Assembly (NCBI GenBank): GCA_951406725.2
Contig: OX597816.1
Coordinates: forward strand, 10,788,001-10,852,000
Origin: Octopus vulgaris
Lineage: Eukaryota
Direction: 5' to 3'
Length of the DNA: 64,000 nucleotides
Position numbers and translations under genes: made by a program. The notes beneath the pieces are model-generated. The model saw only the letters and a program-made list of their open reading frames with translations, did no database searches and was not told the origin of the DNA. Shown piece by piece: positions 1 through 12,811 of this stretch. Position 1 is the first letter of the stretch. Every line of letters starts with the position of its first letter.

Positions 1-19
1 ATACAAATATATCTATATA

Positions 20-1309
20 CGAGGGGCGTTCAATAAGTAATGCCCCTGACCCACTTCCCATAGCAGTAGAGCAACGAAACTTGGCACAGTTATTAGTCTT
101 TTTCTACATAGGAACCACTCAGAGTTACGCATTTCTCCCATCGCTTGATGCAGCTCTGAAGACCGTTTTTGTAGAAGACCTCAGCTTGGTCCTCCAACCA
201 CGACGTGACTTCAGAAATCAAGGCTGCATCATCTGGGAAACGCTTTCCTTTCAAAAACAACTTCATGGCTGGGAAGAGGTGAAAATCAGAGGGTGCAAGG
301 TCAGGAGAGTAGGGGAGATGGGGGATGAGTTCATAGCCGCACACCTGTGCTTCTGATCTGGCGACAGGCGAGTTGTGGATCGGAGCGTTGTCCTGCAGGA
401 GGAGGATGCCTTTGCTGATCTTGCCCCGCCTCTTGATTTTGATAGCTTCTCTTAATTTCCTCAAAAGTGAAGCATAATAGGCTCCTGTAATTGTGATACC
501 CTTTGCCAGGAAATTTGTCATCACTACTCCGTCCTGGTCCCAGAAGACTGAGCATGACCTTGCCAGCAGAGGGCTGCACCCTTGCCTTCTTTGGAGGAGG
601 TGAGTCATGGTGCTTCCACTGCATTGACTTAGCTTTGGTCTCTGGATAATAGTGATGGACCCAGGTTTCATCCTGTGTAATCAGTCTTTTGAAAAATTTT
701 GACTCATCTTCTTGGCACATCTCCAAATTCCTCCTTGAGCACTCGACGTGTTCTTGCTTCTGGAAAGGTGTGAGCAACCTGAGAATCCATCTGGCAGACA
801 CCTTTTGCATATGCAAATGGTCATGAATGATAGTATCTACAGACCTGCTACTAATCTTGACATCATGGGCTATTTGGTAAATAGTTATGCGTCGATCTTC
901 CAAAATGGCAGCCTCAACTTGACGGACAGATGCCTCATCAATGGCAGAAGGGGGCGACCAGATCTGGGAGCTGTTTCCACAGAGTTCCGACCATGTTTGA
1001 ATTCACGATGCCAGCGTTTTACAAGGTCATATGATGGGGCATCATCACCATAAGTTACTTCCATTTCATCAAAATTCTCCCGTGGTGTGCGTCCTTTCAA
1101 ATACAAAAACCGGATCACTGCTCGACACTCAACAGGCTCCATTTCACACTTGACTCAGTTCAAACACCTGTAAATCAGAAACCACAATTAGTTCAGAGCT
1201 GTATTTTTCCACTTAATCTATAGACATATAAATAATTGCACATGCAAAATTTCATCTAGATCAAACAACTGCAAGTGTGTCAGAGACATTACTTATTGAA
1301 CGCCCCTCG
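20..1309 (-). mobile_element. Full-length mariner (DD34D) transposon, irritans-subfamily-like (Himar1/Hsmar2 group)
   Basis: 31-bp TIRs: CGAGGGGCGTTCAATAAGTAATGCCCCTGAC at 20-50 and its reverse complement at 1279-1309 (2 mismatches). TA on both flanks (18-19, 1310-1311). Length 1290 bp. Confidence 0.96.
93..1142 (-). pseudogene. Mariner transposase, frameshifted into three pieces
   Basis: ORFs 885-1142, 331-903 and 93-671 join into MEPVECRAVIRFL..PRSGRP / KVSARWILRLL..TQDETW..PSAGKVM / VFWD..QDNA..PYSPDLAPSDFHLF..RWEKCV. Two frameshifts. Confidence 0.95.
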
Positions 1310-1421
1310 TATATATAAATATATATAGACTTATATATACATGCAAATATATATATACACATATATATACACACATATATATATACATATAGATAAATAT
1401 TTGTATGCATACATATGTCTG

Positions 1422-1453
<32 letters not shown>

Positions 1454-1532
1454 ACAAAAATATATATATATATATAAATATATATATATACACATATATA
1501 TGTATATAACGTATTATATATGTATGTGTTTA

Positions 1533-1768
1533 TATTTAGTTCTTTATTGCCCACAGGGGGCTAAACACAGAGGGGACAACAAGAACAGACCAAGGGATTA
1601 AGTCGATTACATCGACCCCAGTGCGTAACTGGTACTTAATTTATCGACCCCCGAAAGGATGAAAGGCAAAGTCGACCTCAGCAGAATTTCAACTCAGAAC
1701 GTAACGGCAGGCAAAATACCGCTAAGCATTTTGCCCGGCGTGCTAACAATTCTGCCAGCTCGCCACCC
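1533..1768 (-). mobile_element. tRNA-derived SINE, family A (about 240 bp)
   Basis: Head GGTGGCGAGCTGGCAGAA..GAGTT(C/G)AAATTC; body GTCGACTTTGCCTTTCATCCTTTCGGGGTCGATAAA..AGTACCAG; tail GTGGGCAATAAAGAA. More than 10 copies in this window. Confidence 0.85.
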
Positions 1769-2204
1769 TGTATGTGTCCATATTGATATGTATAGGTGTA
1801 CATGTGTGTATGTGTGTGTACACAAGTATGTGAGTGTGTGTGTGTGTGTATGCTAGTGACTCATGGATCACTGCATCTACATGCCAGAAAAGAAAGGAGT
1901 GTAGAGGCTGCGTCATGTGTGCTATAGATAACCTGGTTGAAACAGACCAGAAATTTTAATAATAAATCATATTTAGTCGAACTCACTCAGCTAAGGATTA
2001 GCTTGCTGCCAGAAGGACTGATGGGATTAAATGCACAGTCATTTGCTCATCGTTTCAGCCGTTTGGTTTTAATAAACTGGCAATGCAGGGCATCTAACCA
2101 GTTTGCTGCAGCAGAATATACGGCTTCGATCTATTGTCCTTTAATTTGATGCAGCAGGCCCTGTTATTTTCATGGCACTAACCATTGAGTGAGAAAATCT
2201 TTTC

Positions 2205-2830
2205 TACCTATACAAATACATGCACAGGCACGCAAGCACACACACATGTACATGCACACACACACACACACACATACATGTACATGCACACACACACATG
2301 CTTGCATACACAAACACAAACACACATGCACATGCATCTACACACACACACATACATGCTCGCATACACACAAACACACACATACACATACATGTACATG
2401 CACACTCACACACACAAACACACACACCCATTATCTTTTTCCTATTGCGCTGCAGTATTTCCTCAAGTTTCTTGCTCTCACCTCTTGTCTTCTCTGTCTC
2501 TCTGTCTCTCTCTCCTTCTCTGTCTCTCTCTCCTTCTCTGTCTCTCTCTCTCTCTTTCTGTCACTCTCTCCTTCTCTCTCTCCTTCTGTCTCTCTCTCTC
2601 CTTCTCTGTCTCTCTCTCTCTTTCTCTGTCTCTCTCTCCTTCTCTGTCTCTCTCTCTCCTTCTCTCTCTCTCCTTCTCTGTCACTCTCTCTCCTTCTTCT
2701 CTCTCTTTCTTTCTCTGTCTCTCTCTTTCTCTGTCTCTCTCTCTCCTTCTCTCTCTCTCTCCTTCTCTATCTCCCCTTCTATCTCTCCCCTCTCCCCCCG
2801 CTCTTTATCCTCTCTCTCTCTCTGCTGCTC
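2205..2830. repeat. Compound (CA)n then (CT)n microsatellite
   Basis: Read directly; explains the overlapping HT-rich and SL-rich ORFs. Confidence 0.95.
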
Positions 2831-3062
2831 CTCCCTCAATCTCTGTTTACATACAGGATAAAGAAAAGCATTTAACTCTTTGAATACCAATTGGCTCCAA
2901 ACTGTTTGAACATATTTTCACAGAATATTGGAAACAAGTGACACCACTTGTATGGCAGTGATGCTCATTTACAACCATCATGTGATATCAGGATAACAAT
3001 ATACATTCACACATACACATGAATGTATATATATATATATAAATATACGTGTGTATGATACG

Positions 3063-3087
<25 letters not shown>

Positions 3088-3093
<6 letters not shown>

Positions 3094-3243
3094 CCGTCAC
3101 TTAGTGGTTCGGCAAAAGAGACCGATAGAATAAGTACTAGGCTTACAAAGAATAAGTCCCGGGGTCGATTTGCTCAGCTAAAGGTGGTGCTCCAGCATGG
3201 CCGCAGTCAAATGATTGAAACAAGTAAAAGAGTAAAAGAGTAT
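3088..3243 (+). mobile_element. SINE family B, 3' half
   Basis: Matches the 3' part of the complete copy at 52962-53360. Confidence 0.85.
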
Positions 3244-4019
3244 ATGATGGGCTCCCACACAGTTTCCATCAATGGAATTCCCTCAAAAGGCATTGGTCAG
3301 CGGAGAACTATAGTACAAGACAATTGTCCAAATTTTCGCACAGTGGGAGTAAATCTCAAATCAGAAGATTTCTAAACAATGCCTCTAAGATTCTGCCGGA
3401 CCCATACAGGCATGGAAATTTGGACGTTAAACCGACAATGATAATATTATCTATTGAGAGCAGTCTTTTGAAAGATGTTGATGAGGAAAAATATTTGTTC
3501 ATTTCCATCTTCTGATTATTATCTTCCATAAATTCAATAATATGACCTCCCTAATTTATTTATTCAGAGGAATCTATTTAGATTAATTGCTAATCAACAA
3601 CTAGTTTCGTTCATTGATTAACTAAAGGAATGCCATCGCCATCATCATCATCATCATCATCACTATCGTTATCATCATTGCCATTGTTGTCATCGTTATC
3701 ATCTTCGTCATCATGGTGGTCTTGCCTATCATGATGATCGACATCATTATCTTTGTCATTAATGTCATCACCATGATTATCAATCATCGTCATCGTCATC
3801 ATCATCATCTTTGCCATGAACAGCATCATCATTATTGGTTTTAATATTGAATGTCATCCTTAACCTTATTATCATCAGCATCGTTATCATCTTCGTTTTC
3901 ATTGTGGTCATCATCATCATCATCACCTTCACCGTCATCTTCACCATCATTTATGTGGTGTCAATGACCATCTCACAGTTGGTTTAAATGTATAAGTTAA
4001 TTACCTTTGTGTGTTTTTA

Positions 4020-4852
4020 CGCAGTGCATCTCAAAAGTTTTCAAACTTTTCCAGGTGAGACATTTGTTAATTTGAAAGAAGTACAACCACTAATCTCCTT
4101 CAAAGTAGGATCCTCTCACTTAAATGCAGGTGTTGTGCTCCAGCCACTTCGTGAAGGCCTCATGGAAGCCCTCCAGAGTAAAGGTACCCAGAACCCTGGT
4201 CGTAACCTCCTCCATCTTCAAAACAACCATCTCTAAGGTTCTCTTTCATCTTGGGAAACAACCAAGTTATAAAGAGCAAAGTCTGTACTGTAAAACAGGG
4301 GCGAGGGACAGTTTTGAAGCCCATCTCTGTCAAGTAGTCGGTTACCAGAATGCTCGCCACTGAGCAACCTGGGAACAATCTTAAAACAGATTTGTGCACG
4401 TTCAGATCTTTATGAATAATTCTGTGTACAGTTGCCACACAACTCCAAACTTTAAACTTATTGTCTTTATTCACACGTAACTGTCTTCACCCAGAAAATT
4501 GCAAATTTACTGTTCTTCTGACGTCTCTCTCCCCACCACGCTTCTCATCACTTTTCAAAACCTCTCTACCATCCTTGAAACTCTTGTGCAAACCAAAATG
4601 TTAATTCATAAGTAGTATGAAGTACCGTATTTTAACCTGTATAAGGAACCCGTTTTTTTTTTTTTGTCAAAATTAAGGTTTAAAAAATATGGTAATTTCT
4701 TATTCATGGATATTATCATAATCCCTTACAAAACCTTTTTTCCAAATTTTAAGCCCCCAAAATTATGGAGTTCTTTAAACACAAGGGTTCCTTATACACG
4801 TTAAAATATAGTATTTCATAAGTTTCTGTAGCTTTTGCGACCGGTTTAACAC
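4020..4852 (-). mobile_element. Degenerate, internally deleted mariner, interrupted by a MITE
   Basis: TIR-like end near 4020. Minus-strand peptides VATVHRIIHKDL, DYLTEMGFKTVP, WLFPKMKENLRDGCFED. The N-terminal CVKPVAKATETYE resumes after the MITE (4814-4852). Confidence 0.7.
4625..4811. mobile_element. Tc1/mariner-superfamily (pogo/Tc2-like) MITE
   Basis: About 27-bp TIRs CCGTATTTTAACCTGTATAAGGAACCC / GGGTTCCTTATACACGTTAAAATATAG. TA on both sides (4623-24, 4812-13). Confidence 0.85.
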
Positions 4853-5171
4853 ATACCCAGTTCCAATGATCGATTTGCACATCAGAAGCGCTTCAAACTT
4901 CCACCAGAGTTTCCTCTGGCTTTGTCCCAACTGAGTGTGGATCACCACCTTTCAGATCTCCGGCCGCCTGCTATACCTGAGTTGGAGCAGGAATATGATG
5001 ACACACGGAAACATGGTCACAAATGTATGAACCCAACCCAACCTCGACGATGGTGCCGGCAATGCAAGCGATGATGTGTCACATTTTCGCTTTCACTGTG
5101 CCATCAGAGTTCACGAAGTGAAAGGCTCCAATGACTCACAGTTGACTGGGACTCCTCAGTCTGTATTTCAA
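4853..5171 (-). pseudogene. Decayed 28S rRNA fragment (around the D3 expansion segment)
   Basis: The plus strand matches the reverse complement of conserved LSU blocks: ATACCCAG..GATCGATTTGCAC(A)TCAGAA.., CCACCAGAGTTTCCTCTGGCTT, TCACCA.CTTTC, and GACTCCT.(G)GTC.GT.TTTCAA at the far end. Many substitutions. Confidence 0.85.
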
Positions 5172-5971
5172 CTTTATTACAAAGAAAGTTTCTAAACTAT
5201 CTTCATGTTCCAACTATTTTCTGAAAACTAGTCAGCTCTGACAAGCAATGTTTAGCAGGATGTGTTCAAAGTGTTCTTACAGCCGTTTCCTTTAGTTTGG
5301 AATAACAAAAGTTGGCAGGTCAGCACATTATACATATAGTAATGATATTCTAAACTTACAATAATCAAGGGCATTTTCAACTGCTTCTCCTAAAACAAGT
5401 TTCAAAACTTCTAGAATGCATCTTGTAAATGGTTAATATGTGTTTTCCACGCTATTGTTCTTCAAAGTATTAGAGGATTAATCAAAAACAACATTTATTT
5501 TAAAGAATAGAATCTTGGATTCTCTATGGAGGCAATGAAGGTAAAATAGGAAACAGTTTTCAAGAATGGACTTAATCAGTGGTATCTTAAGTCACACAAG
5601 ATTACCTTTAAATAAATGAAGTGATGTTATGGAATCTTGTGAGATTGTAAATATATTGGTGTCTGTTCACTGAAATGAATTTCCATCAAAGATATTGCCA
5701 AAGGCAATATTCATTAACATAACGGCACAATTCTAAAGGTTCTTATAACAACCATGTTTGGGAACGATTATGCATCTGCATAAAATCGAAGTTACACAAT
5801 GGTAATTTAAAAATAAATAAAGATAATTAACTGAATCAAAAGTTTCAGATCTTAATTGAAAACACAAGGATTGTGATTGGGCAGAAAAGTTTGAAAAATT
5901 TAGAAATTAAAATTTTTACCAAGGTTCAATAATAAAACAATTAGCAGAAAATGTTTGATTGATTCGTTAAA

Positions 5972-6720
5972 GTTGCATGGTCTAAGGGTTAGGGTGTTGA
6001 AATCAGATCGTAAGATTCCAGTCTTGATTCACAGAGCAGGCTGTGTGTTGTGTTCTTGAATTTGAAATGCGTGGCCTAATTGTTAAGAGTATTTGGTTCA
6101 CGGTCATAATCTCGTGAGATCGATTCCTGGCAGCGTGTTATATCCATTCCACTCAGTTAGCAGAAATGAGTTGCACCTGTAAATCAAAGGGCCAACCTTG
6201 TCCCATTCTGTGTCACGCTGAATCTCCCTGAGAACTACGTTTACGGTACATTCTGAGTTAAAATTCCGCCAAGGTCTACTTTGCCATTCATCCTTTCGGG
6301 GTTGATAAATTAAGTACCAGTTACGCACTGGGGTCCATGTAATTGACTTAATCTGTTTGTCTGTCCTTGTTTGTCCCTTCTATGTTTAGCTCCTTGTGGG
6401 TAGTAAAGAAATAGGTACATGTGTGTAATGTGGAGTGCTCAGCATCTTACACATTAATTTCATGATTAAGCTGTTCCGTTTATCGGATCAACTGGAACAC
6501 ACATCGTTGTAACCAACCGAGTGCTTAAGCAGACCATTTCATTTCCCATTGCTCCAGTCCACTCAAATTAAATAAAATCCAGCAATCGCTAGGAAGTTAA
6601 CCCTGCAAAGGACTGTTGTTCCATCCAGTGGAGCGTGTTGTGATCTCTCTAACTTATACATTATGAAAGCCAGGTTATTCACTGGCTTTATGATTTTGGG
6701 GGCTCATGACAGACCTAAAT
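5972..6720 (+). mobile_element. Three nested SINEs
   Basis: An old SINE (about 5972-6058 plus 6524-6720) is split by a family C SINE (about 6064-6523). That copy is itself split by a 5'-truncated family A copy (6252-6413) with TSD GGTACAT (6245-6251, 6414-6420). Confidence 0.75.
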
Positions 6721-6891
6721 TGATTCAGTAGAATTGGTCTTAAGCTTCTGACGTGGGTTGCACTGAAGGTAATAGGAAAATGGGCCTTATTCTTTTTTAT
6801 TAACTTTGGTTGTTCAGACATGAGACACTTACTGTATTTTGAAAGTATTGTAGATATCTAATATTTTTTACTGATTCTAAAACAATTGGTC

Positions 6892-7130
6892 TTAACCCAT
6901 TAAGTCCCAGAGTACTTAGATTTCTGAATATTACTTTTAAATTTTTACAGATGAATGAAAATAGGTTAAAATGAAAAAAATAATTATTAAAACTCTTTTA
7001 CTTCAAGTAGAAATGGAAATGATCGGTGTCCTATAAATAGGACACTGAGACAATGTGATATAGCTTATTTAATGTTCTCATTTAGTGTCCTAATTATAAG
7101 ACAATGTATACAAGTTCTGTACTAAAAGCA
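6892..7130 (+). mobile_element. Possible piggyBac-like terminus
   Basis: TTAA-CCCATTAAGTCCC start; subterminal palindromes GTGTCCTATAAATAGGACAC and GTGTCCTAATTATAAGACA. No partner end seen. Confidence 0.45.
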
Positions 7131-7289
7131 GTACAAAAGTGAGTACAACTCTTCCAGTAACTGATGTAGGTCGTTCAAATATGGGACAACCTTGTATTTT
7201 GAAACTATCAAGAGTATTTATAATGTGCTGGAGTTAGAATCCTGAGATTCGCCAACACTACACCTGATTTTCTCCCCTCCATACACTTA

Positions 7290-7682
7290 CTTACTAGTAC
7301 TTGTGGCGACATTCAACCTGGGCGGGTTGAGTCGGCTTCTTCTACCACCCTCGAGGCATTTCGAACCATGGCAGTGAAAGAAGTTTCGTGGGAATATGAA
7401 TTTCACAAATGGTCCCCAACAATCCCGCATGTGGAGACATCCTGTTTGCCGCAGATTGTCCGCAGACGCAGGGACAGAGTGACCGAGGTGCCGCCGGTTG
7501 ACGAAACAGACACTCTGAGGATTTTCACCAGAGCCCCATTTGCTGGGTTGTGGCCCTAATACCACTTGGTGTCAGACCAATCCGCCTTGGGTGGCCCTAC
7601 CAGGAACTGAAGTTCCCGACGGCATAGCTCTGACACTACCCATTGCCAGCATCACCACCACGGTGAGGAGGGGATGGACTCA
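7290..7682 (-). mobile_element. RTE-clade LINE, 5' region
   Basis: The minus strand carries GAGCTATGCCG..CCTGGTAGGGCCACCCAAGGCGGATTGGTC, a BovB-like RTE 5' motif. It ends at 'RLNVAT', which resembles the start of the AP endonuclease. Confidence 0.7.
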
Positions 7683-7779
7683 TACATTGTTCACTTTCCA
7701 GACATTTGTACATTACTGCATATGCTTTATATGCACTTTTGACAAGTTATGGTGCACCTGAGCACTGAATACAATAATT

Positions 7780-7810
<31 letters not shown>

Positions 7811-8339
7811 AACGGAACATTGTTAGGTAAGTGCAGAGAAATAAAGAAAGCAACTGACTGTTTTATACGGTGACAAGCGGTAAATTCTTTTCAGGAGTTA
7901 TCACAATATTGCATAACATATTCGCTTAACAATATTCAATGTTACGAAACATAACTTTACGTAAACCATATTTATGATTTATGTATGTTTTTCTTTCTGT
8001 GCTTTCAAGATGATGAATGGCTCCTGAGGACATCCTATAAGAGAGCATTATGTGCTTATAATGGAATCTTCGCAGAACACAAAGGTTGCTTTCCTTCAAG
8101 TATCGTTTTACAAGACACCAGTTTGTTGGGTACAGATAGGTTGTTTTCCACATCTTCTTGGGGACTTCGAAATAAAGATTTGGTATAAGCACCACCAAAA
8201 TTTTGTTCCACTATGGATATTATCTATTGGATCCAGGAGAATAAAAGGTAAAATTGACTTCTGTTGGATTGAACACAGAATGTAAGGAGCTAGAACAAAA
8301 TTACCAAACACTTTGACTAACAATGTAACAAATCCATGA

Positions 8340-8520
8340 GACATTATTTACATTTGATGGATATTTGTCCTCATCTTGTTTGTTGTTAACACAACGTTTC
8401 GGCTGATGTACCCTCCAGCCTTCAACAGGAGTCCTGGGGAAATTTTGAACCTGGGTTCTCATTCCTAAGGTATTTTTCGATGTTATTCTTATTATTATGA
8501 TTATTATTACTATTATTATT
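8340..8520 (-). mobile_element. Short PLE-type element with hammerhead-like motif (family H1)
   Basis: Near-identical to 55000-55150. The minus strand reads CTGTTGA-A-GGCTG-loop-CAGCC-GAAA-CG-TT-GTGTT. Confidence 0.65.
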
Positions 8521-10778
8521 ATTGAGTGAGAGAGAGCAGTGCATGCCATCAAAGTGACACTGGGGTAAAATATACGAAGCCCGTATACCCATCATGACTA
8601 CCTGTCTGACAAGGGTACACTAGGCACATGCATCACAACCATATGTGCACGACATTGTGATCTCATGTCATGGTGATCTTATCAAGATAAACAGCACATA
8701 ACCTTACAGGTGGGGCCCAGTTAGAATTTTCTTCTGGTCAAGTAGCCCATCCCGTTCAAAAGGTCCATGAATGAGTGTTGTTTAAGGATGTTGAATGAAA
8801 CACCCATGTTTCCAGAAGCCTTGTGAGTGGATTTGGTAGACGGAAACTGAAAGAAGCCCATTGTATATGTGTGTGTGTGTGTTAGTCCCCCAAACATCGC
8901 TTGACAACTGATGCTGGTGTGTTTACTTCCCCATAACTTAGAGAGCGATAGAATAACTACTAGGCTTACAAAGAATAAATCTTAGGGGTCAATTTGTTCA
9001 ACTAAAGGCAGTGCTCCAGCATGGCTTCAGTCAAATGACAAACAAATAAAAGAATAAAAGACTAAATGAATCAACTTATTTGACTCCTCCAGCCAGTTCC
9101 ATATTCAAGTTTCTTTAGAATATTCACATTCCTATTCATGTCATAATATCATTCTTGTTCTTTTTTATAAATAACCGTCTTTTTTCAATTTACATACATT
9201 TACAACAAAATTCAATTTCTGTTAAGCACTTTAATTTTTTTCTATTCTTTCTCTGTATTTACAATAAAATTCAATTTACCTTTAACTTAAATACTGATTC
9301 TATGATTCTTTATTCCTGTTCTTCTACTTCTTTGTATTAAACTTTTATTTATCTTCTTCTAATGTATTTACATGGTCATATTTACAACATGGGAATTCGT
9401 GTGGCCTGGTGGCTAGGCTATTACATTCTCGATTACTAGATCACAATTTCAATTCCAGAACTGAGCGGTGTGTTGTTTTCATGAGCAAAACACTTCATTT
9501 TGTGTTGGTCCAGTTCACTCATCTCTAAATGAGCAATCTTGCAATGGAATAGCCTTCCAATCAAACGGAATGTTGGCCTGTTTGCCAGGTCAGCGGAGTA
9601 GAGTCATTAGAAAACTAAAACACTGTGAAGCACATTGTGACCAGTGATGTATAACAATATCTGATAATCTGGTCGATACCAAGATATTTACAAGAATAAA
9701 ATCTGAATAATGAATTCTTTATATGCACAAGAAACCTGATAGAGGCTTCGGCGAAAGAAACAATCAAGATGAGGAGGACACCAGCCTGACTAATAAAAAC
9801 AGTGTCAATAATATAAATTCCTCATGTCACAAATATAGAATTGTATCATCCAATTGGTACAGAGCTGACATGTGATATGAATTGAGGTTTATAAACCTTA
9901 AAATTTCACTCGGTCACTCCCTACAGACATAGCATAATGAATAAAGGCGCTGGTTAATGCAGTTCAGACACAGAAATTCTGTGCTCAATCCCAGGCAAGA
10001 AACTAAGGTGAATCGCAAAAAAACCCCCAAAAAACGCTGAAGAAGGCTGGAAAGTAAAGAGCCAAAATGTAGTGAAAACAACAATCTAGATGAGGATACC
10101 AGTCCAACTAATATAAGCTGTGAATATAAAGTATGCATAATCAATTTTGTTTATTTTCTTTGGCTTTTAACAGCTTAGATTTGTCTATTTTACAACCAGA
10201 TAGAATATATCTTTCTTCCCATTTTTGAACATTTTATCCTGTTCAAATATTCCGCAATGAATGTCTTCATAGTTTGTTATTCTTATAATTTCTTTGTCCT
10301 ATGTAAATTTGGTTTCTGTTAAGAGTTCTTTAAGATTTTTGTTGGGAAGGAATCCAAGACTAAAGCAAATATAAATTCCAAAGCAGAAAATTCCTCATTT
10401 ATTGCATTGCATATTCTCAATACAAGAAGATCTACATAGGGTAAATAGGAACAGAATTAATGGATCGAATCAGGATACATAAACAACAGATCAGTAATTC
10501 AATTATTATGAATATTTTATACGGAAAATAAGTAATCTTGATTTTCTCAGTTGATTAATGATAAATACTGTTTCTGCTTCAGAATAATTTATCAGGGTCT
10601 TAATATAATTATTAAATGTTTCGTTTTCTCATCTGAATACTTTTCTCAGAAACATAAGATATTCATAAAATTGCAACGTCAGAAAACATATTCAAACACA
10701 AGCTTGTATGAAAACCTGAATGTAAAGTAACAACTGCAATGAAGATGATTTTCTGCTACTCTCCATATCCATAATATT

Positions 10779-11456
10779 GATTCTAAATTTTGAACAGTGC
10801 TAACAATTTAGGGGGAGGAGTAAGTTTATCACATCGACCCCAGTGCTCAACTGGTACTTATTTTATCGACCTTAAAAGGATGAAAGGCAATCAGCCTCAG
10901 TGAAATTTGAACACAAGACCTGAAAGTAGATGAAATGCCGCTAAGCATTTTGCTCGTTCAGTCACCTCGCTACTTTCCCATATAAACAATATTGGTTTCA
11001 AATTTTGGCACAAGGCCAGCAACTTGGGAAGATGCAAGTGGATTAGATTCTAGTATTCTAATGGTATTTTATCGACCCTTAAATGATGAAGGGCAAAGTC
11101 GATACGAGCAGAATTTGAATGCTGCTCAACATTTTGCCTGGTGTGCTAACAGTTCTCCCAGTTAGCCATCTTCCCATATCCCTAATATTAAATAGGTTTT
11201 AGATAGCAATTAAACATAACGTTCTTTTATGTTCAATATCCTTTTCCACTTTAGACACAAGGTCCGAAATTTTGTGGGAGAGGACCAGTCGATTAGATTG
11301 ACCCCAGTACGCAAAAAGTACTTAATTTATTGACCTTGAAAGGATGAAACACAAAGTCGTCCTTTGGTGGAGTTTGAACTCAGAACATAAAGGCCGACAA
11401 AATAGCACTAAGCATTTCGCCTGGCATGCTAACGTCTTTGCCAGCTCTCTGCCTTA
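10779..11456 (-). mobile_element. Cluster of three older family A SINEs
   Basis: Each copy has TTTATCGACC..AGGATGAAAGGCAAAGTCG..TTTGAAC. The first two are bracketed by a thrice-repeated CCATATCCATAATATT-like target. Confidence 0.75.
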
Positions 11457-11688
11457 CGTCCAATGTCAAGTAACAAACGTCATCCACTTGGCCTTTTCTT
11501 GCACATGGACTTAGAAGACAATAAATTTGGCTTAACCACTCCCAAGTTAAATTGTATCACTATCTTCATTCTCATGAATTATTTCTTTTTGTTTTACAAC
11601 TTATAAAATTATTTCAACTCACAAAGATTGGCTTTGTTAGTTATAAAGAAATGAAAAATAACCAAAGAGCATATAAACCGCGAGTCAG

Positions 11689-11727
<39 letters not shown>

Positions 11728-11840
11728 ATATGTGTGTTTGTGTATGTGTATCTATCTATATACATATTAGAAGGAACAGAGATAGAGAAAGCATTTAAAT
11801 TTGTACATGTACACACACACATACATTTAGATAGATAAGA

Positions 11841-11906
<66 letters not shown>

Positions 11907-11949
11907 GGTAGATAGATGGATAGATAGATATAGATAGATAGACAGATAG

Positions 11950-12190
11950 ATATGTTTCTTTATTAGCCACACTGGGGTCTGGACACAGACGGGACAAATT
12001 TCAAAGTAGAGCTTTTCTTTTTGGGGAGAGAAAAAAAAAGGTGGGGTAGGTTTCCGATCAAAAGGGATCGTAAAAAGGAAAAAAAAAATTATCAATAGGG
12101 ATCGTGTATCACAGAAATATCATGATGTAAAGTGTAAAGGGGGGAAGCAGATAAGGTTTATCCGTAGAAAGAAAAGCCTACGGAAAAATA
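11950..12190 (-). mobile_element. Probable LINE 3' UTR sharing its terminus with SINE family A
   Basis: Minus-strand end TTTGTCCCGTCTGTGTCCAGACCCCAGTGTGGCTAATAAAGAAACAT resembles the family A tail. The upstream T-rich sequence is unrelated to the SINE body. Embedded in (GATA)n. Confidence 0.5.
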
Positions 12191-12619
12191 GATAGATAGC
12201 TAGATAGATATTCAGGGAGAAAATGATACAGAAGAGATAAACACAGGGAGATAAAGAGAAGATAAAATATAAAACTCTTTAGACCATAATAGCTATGTGA
12301 TATGAAACAACTCAGTAAAATTTAATTTTAATGTTATTTTGTAAATTATTGTAAAAATTATTGGAAATTGATGAGACATTATATGAGAGCATTTGCGAAA
12401 TTGCTCCCTTTTATTACAAAAATGTTCCTGAGCACACACGTACACGTTCATATGCTATCAAAGTGACGATGGGGTATGTGTGTGTGTGCATATATAGGTA
12501 GGTAGGTGTGTAAGTAGGTATAAATATCAGTACATGCAAACTATGTGTGTATATGTGAATATATATATAGATACATATAACTAAAGGTAATATATATGAA
12601 AATGCATATACATATGTGA

Positions 12620-12690
<71 letters not shown>

Positions 12691-12777
12691 TGTATGTAGG
12701 AATATACATACATATACATACGTACACACAATGTATGTATATGTATGTATATATATATGTGTACATATATATATATA

Positions 12778-12809
<32 letters not shown>

Positions 12810-12811
12810 AT

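Noticed and set aside
4853-5171. Functional rRNA gene
   Set aside because: Short, isolated fragment with many substitutions in conserved blocks.
7985-8188. Possible exon after a pyrimidine tract (DDEWLLRTSYKRALCAYNG)
   Set aside because: No recognisable homology, weak donor site, and no partner exons identified.
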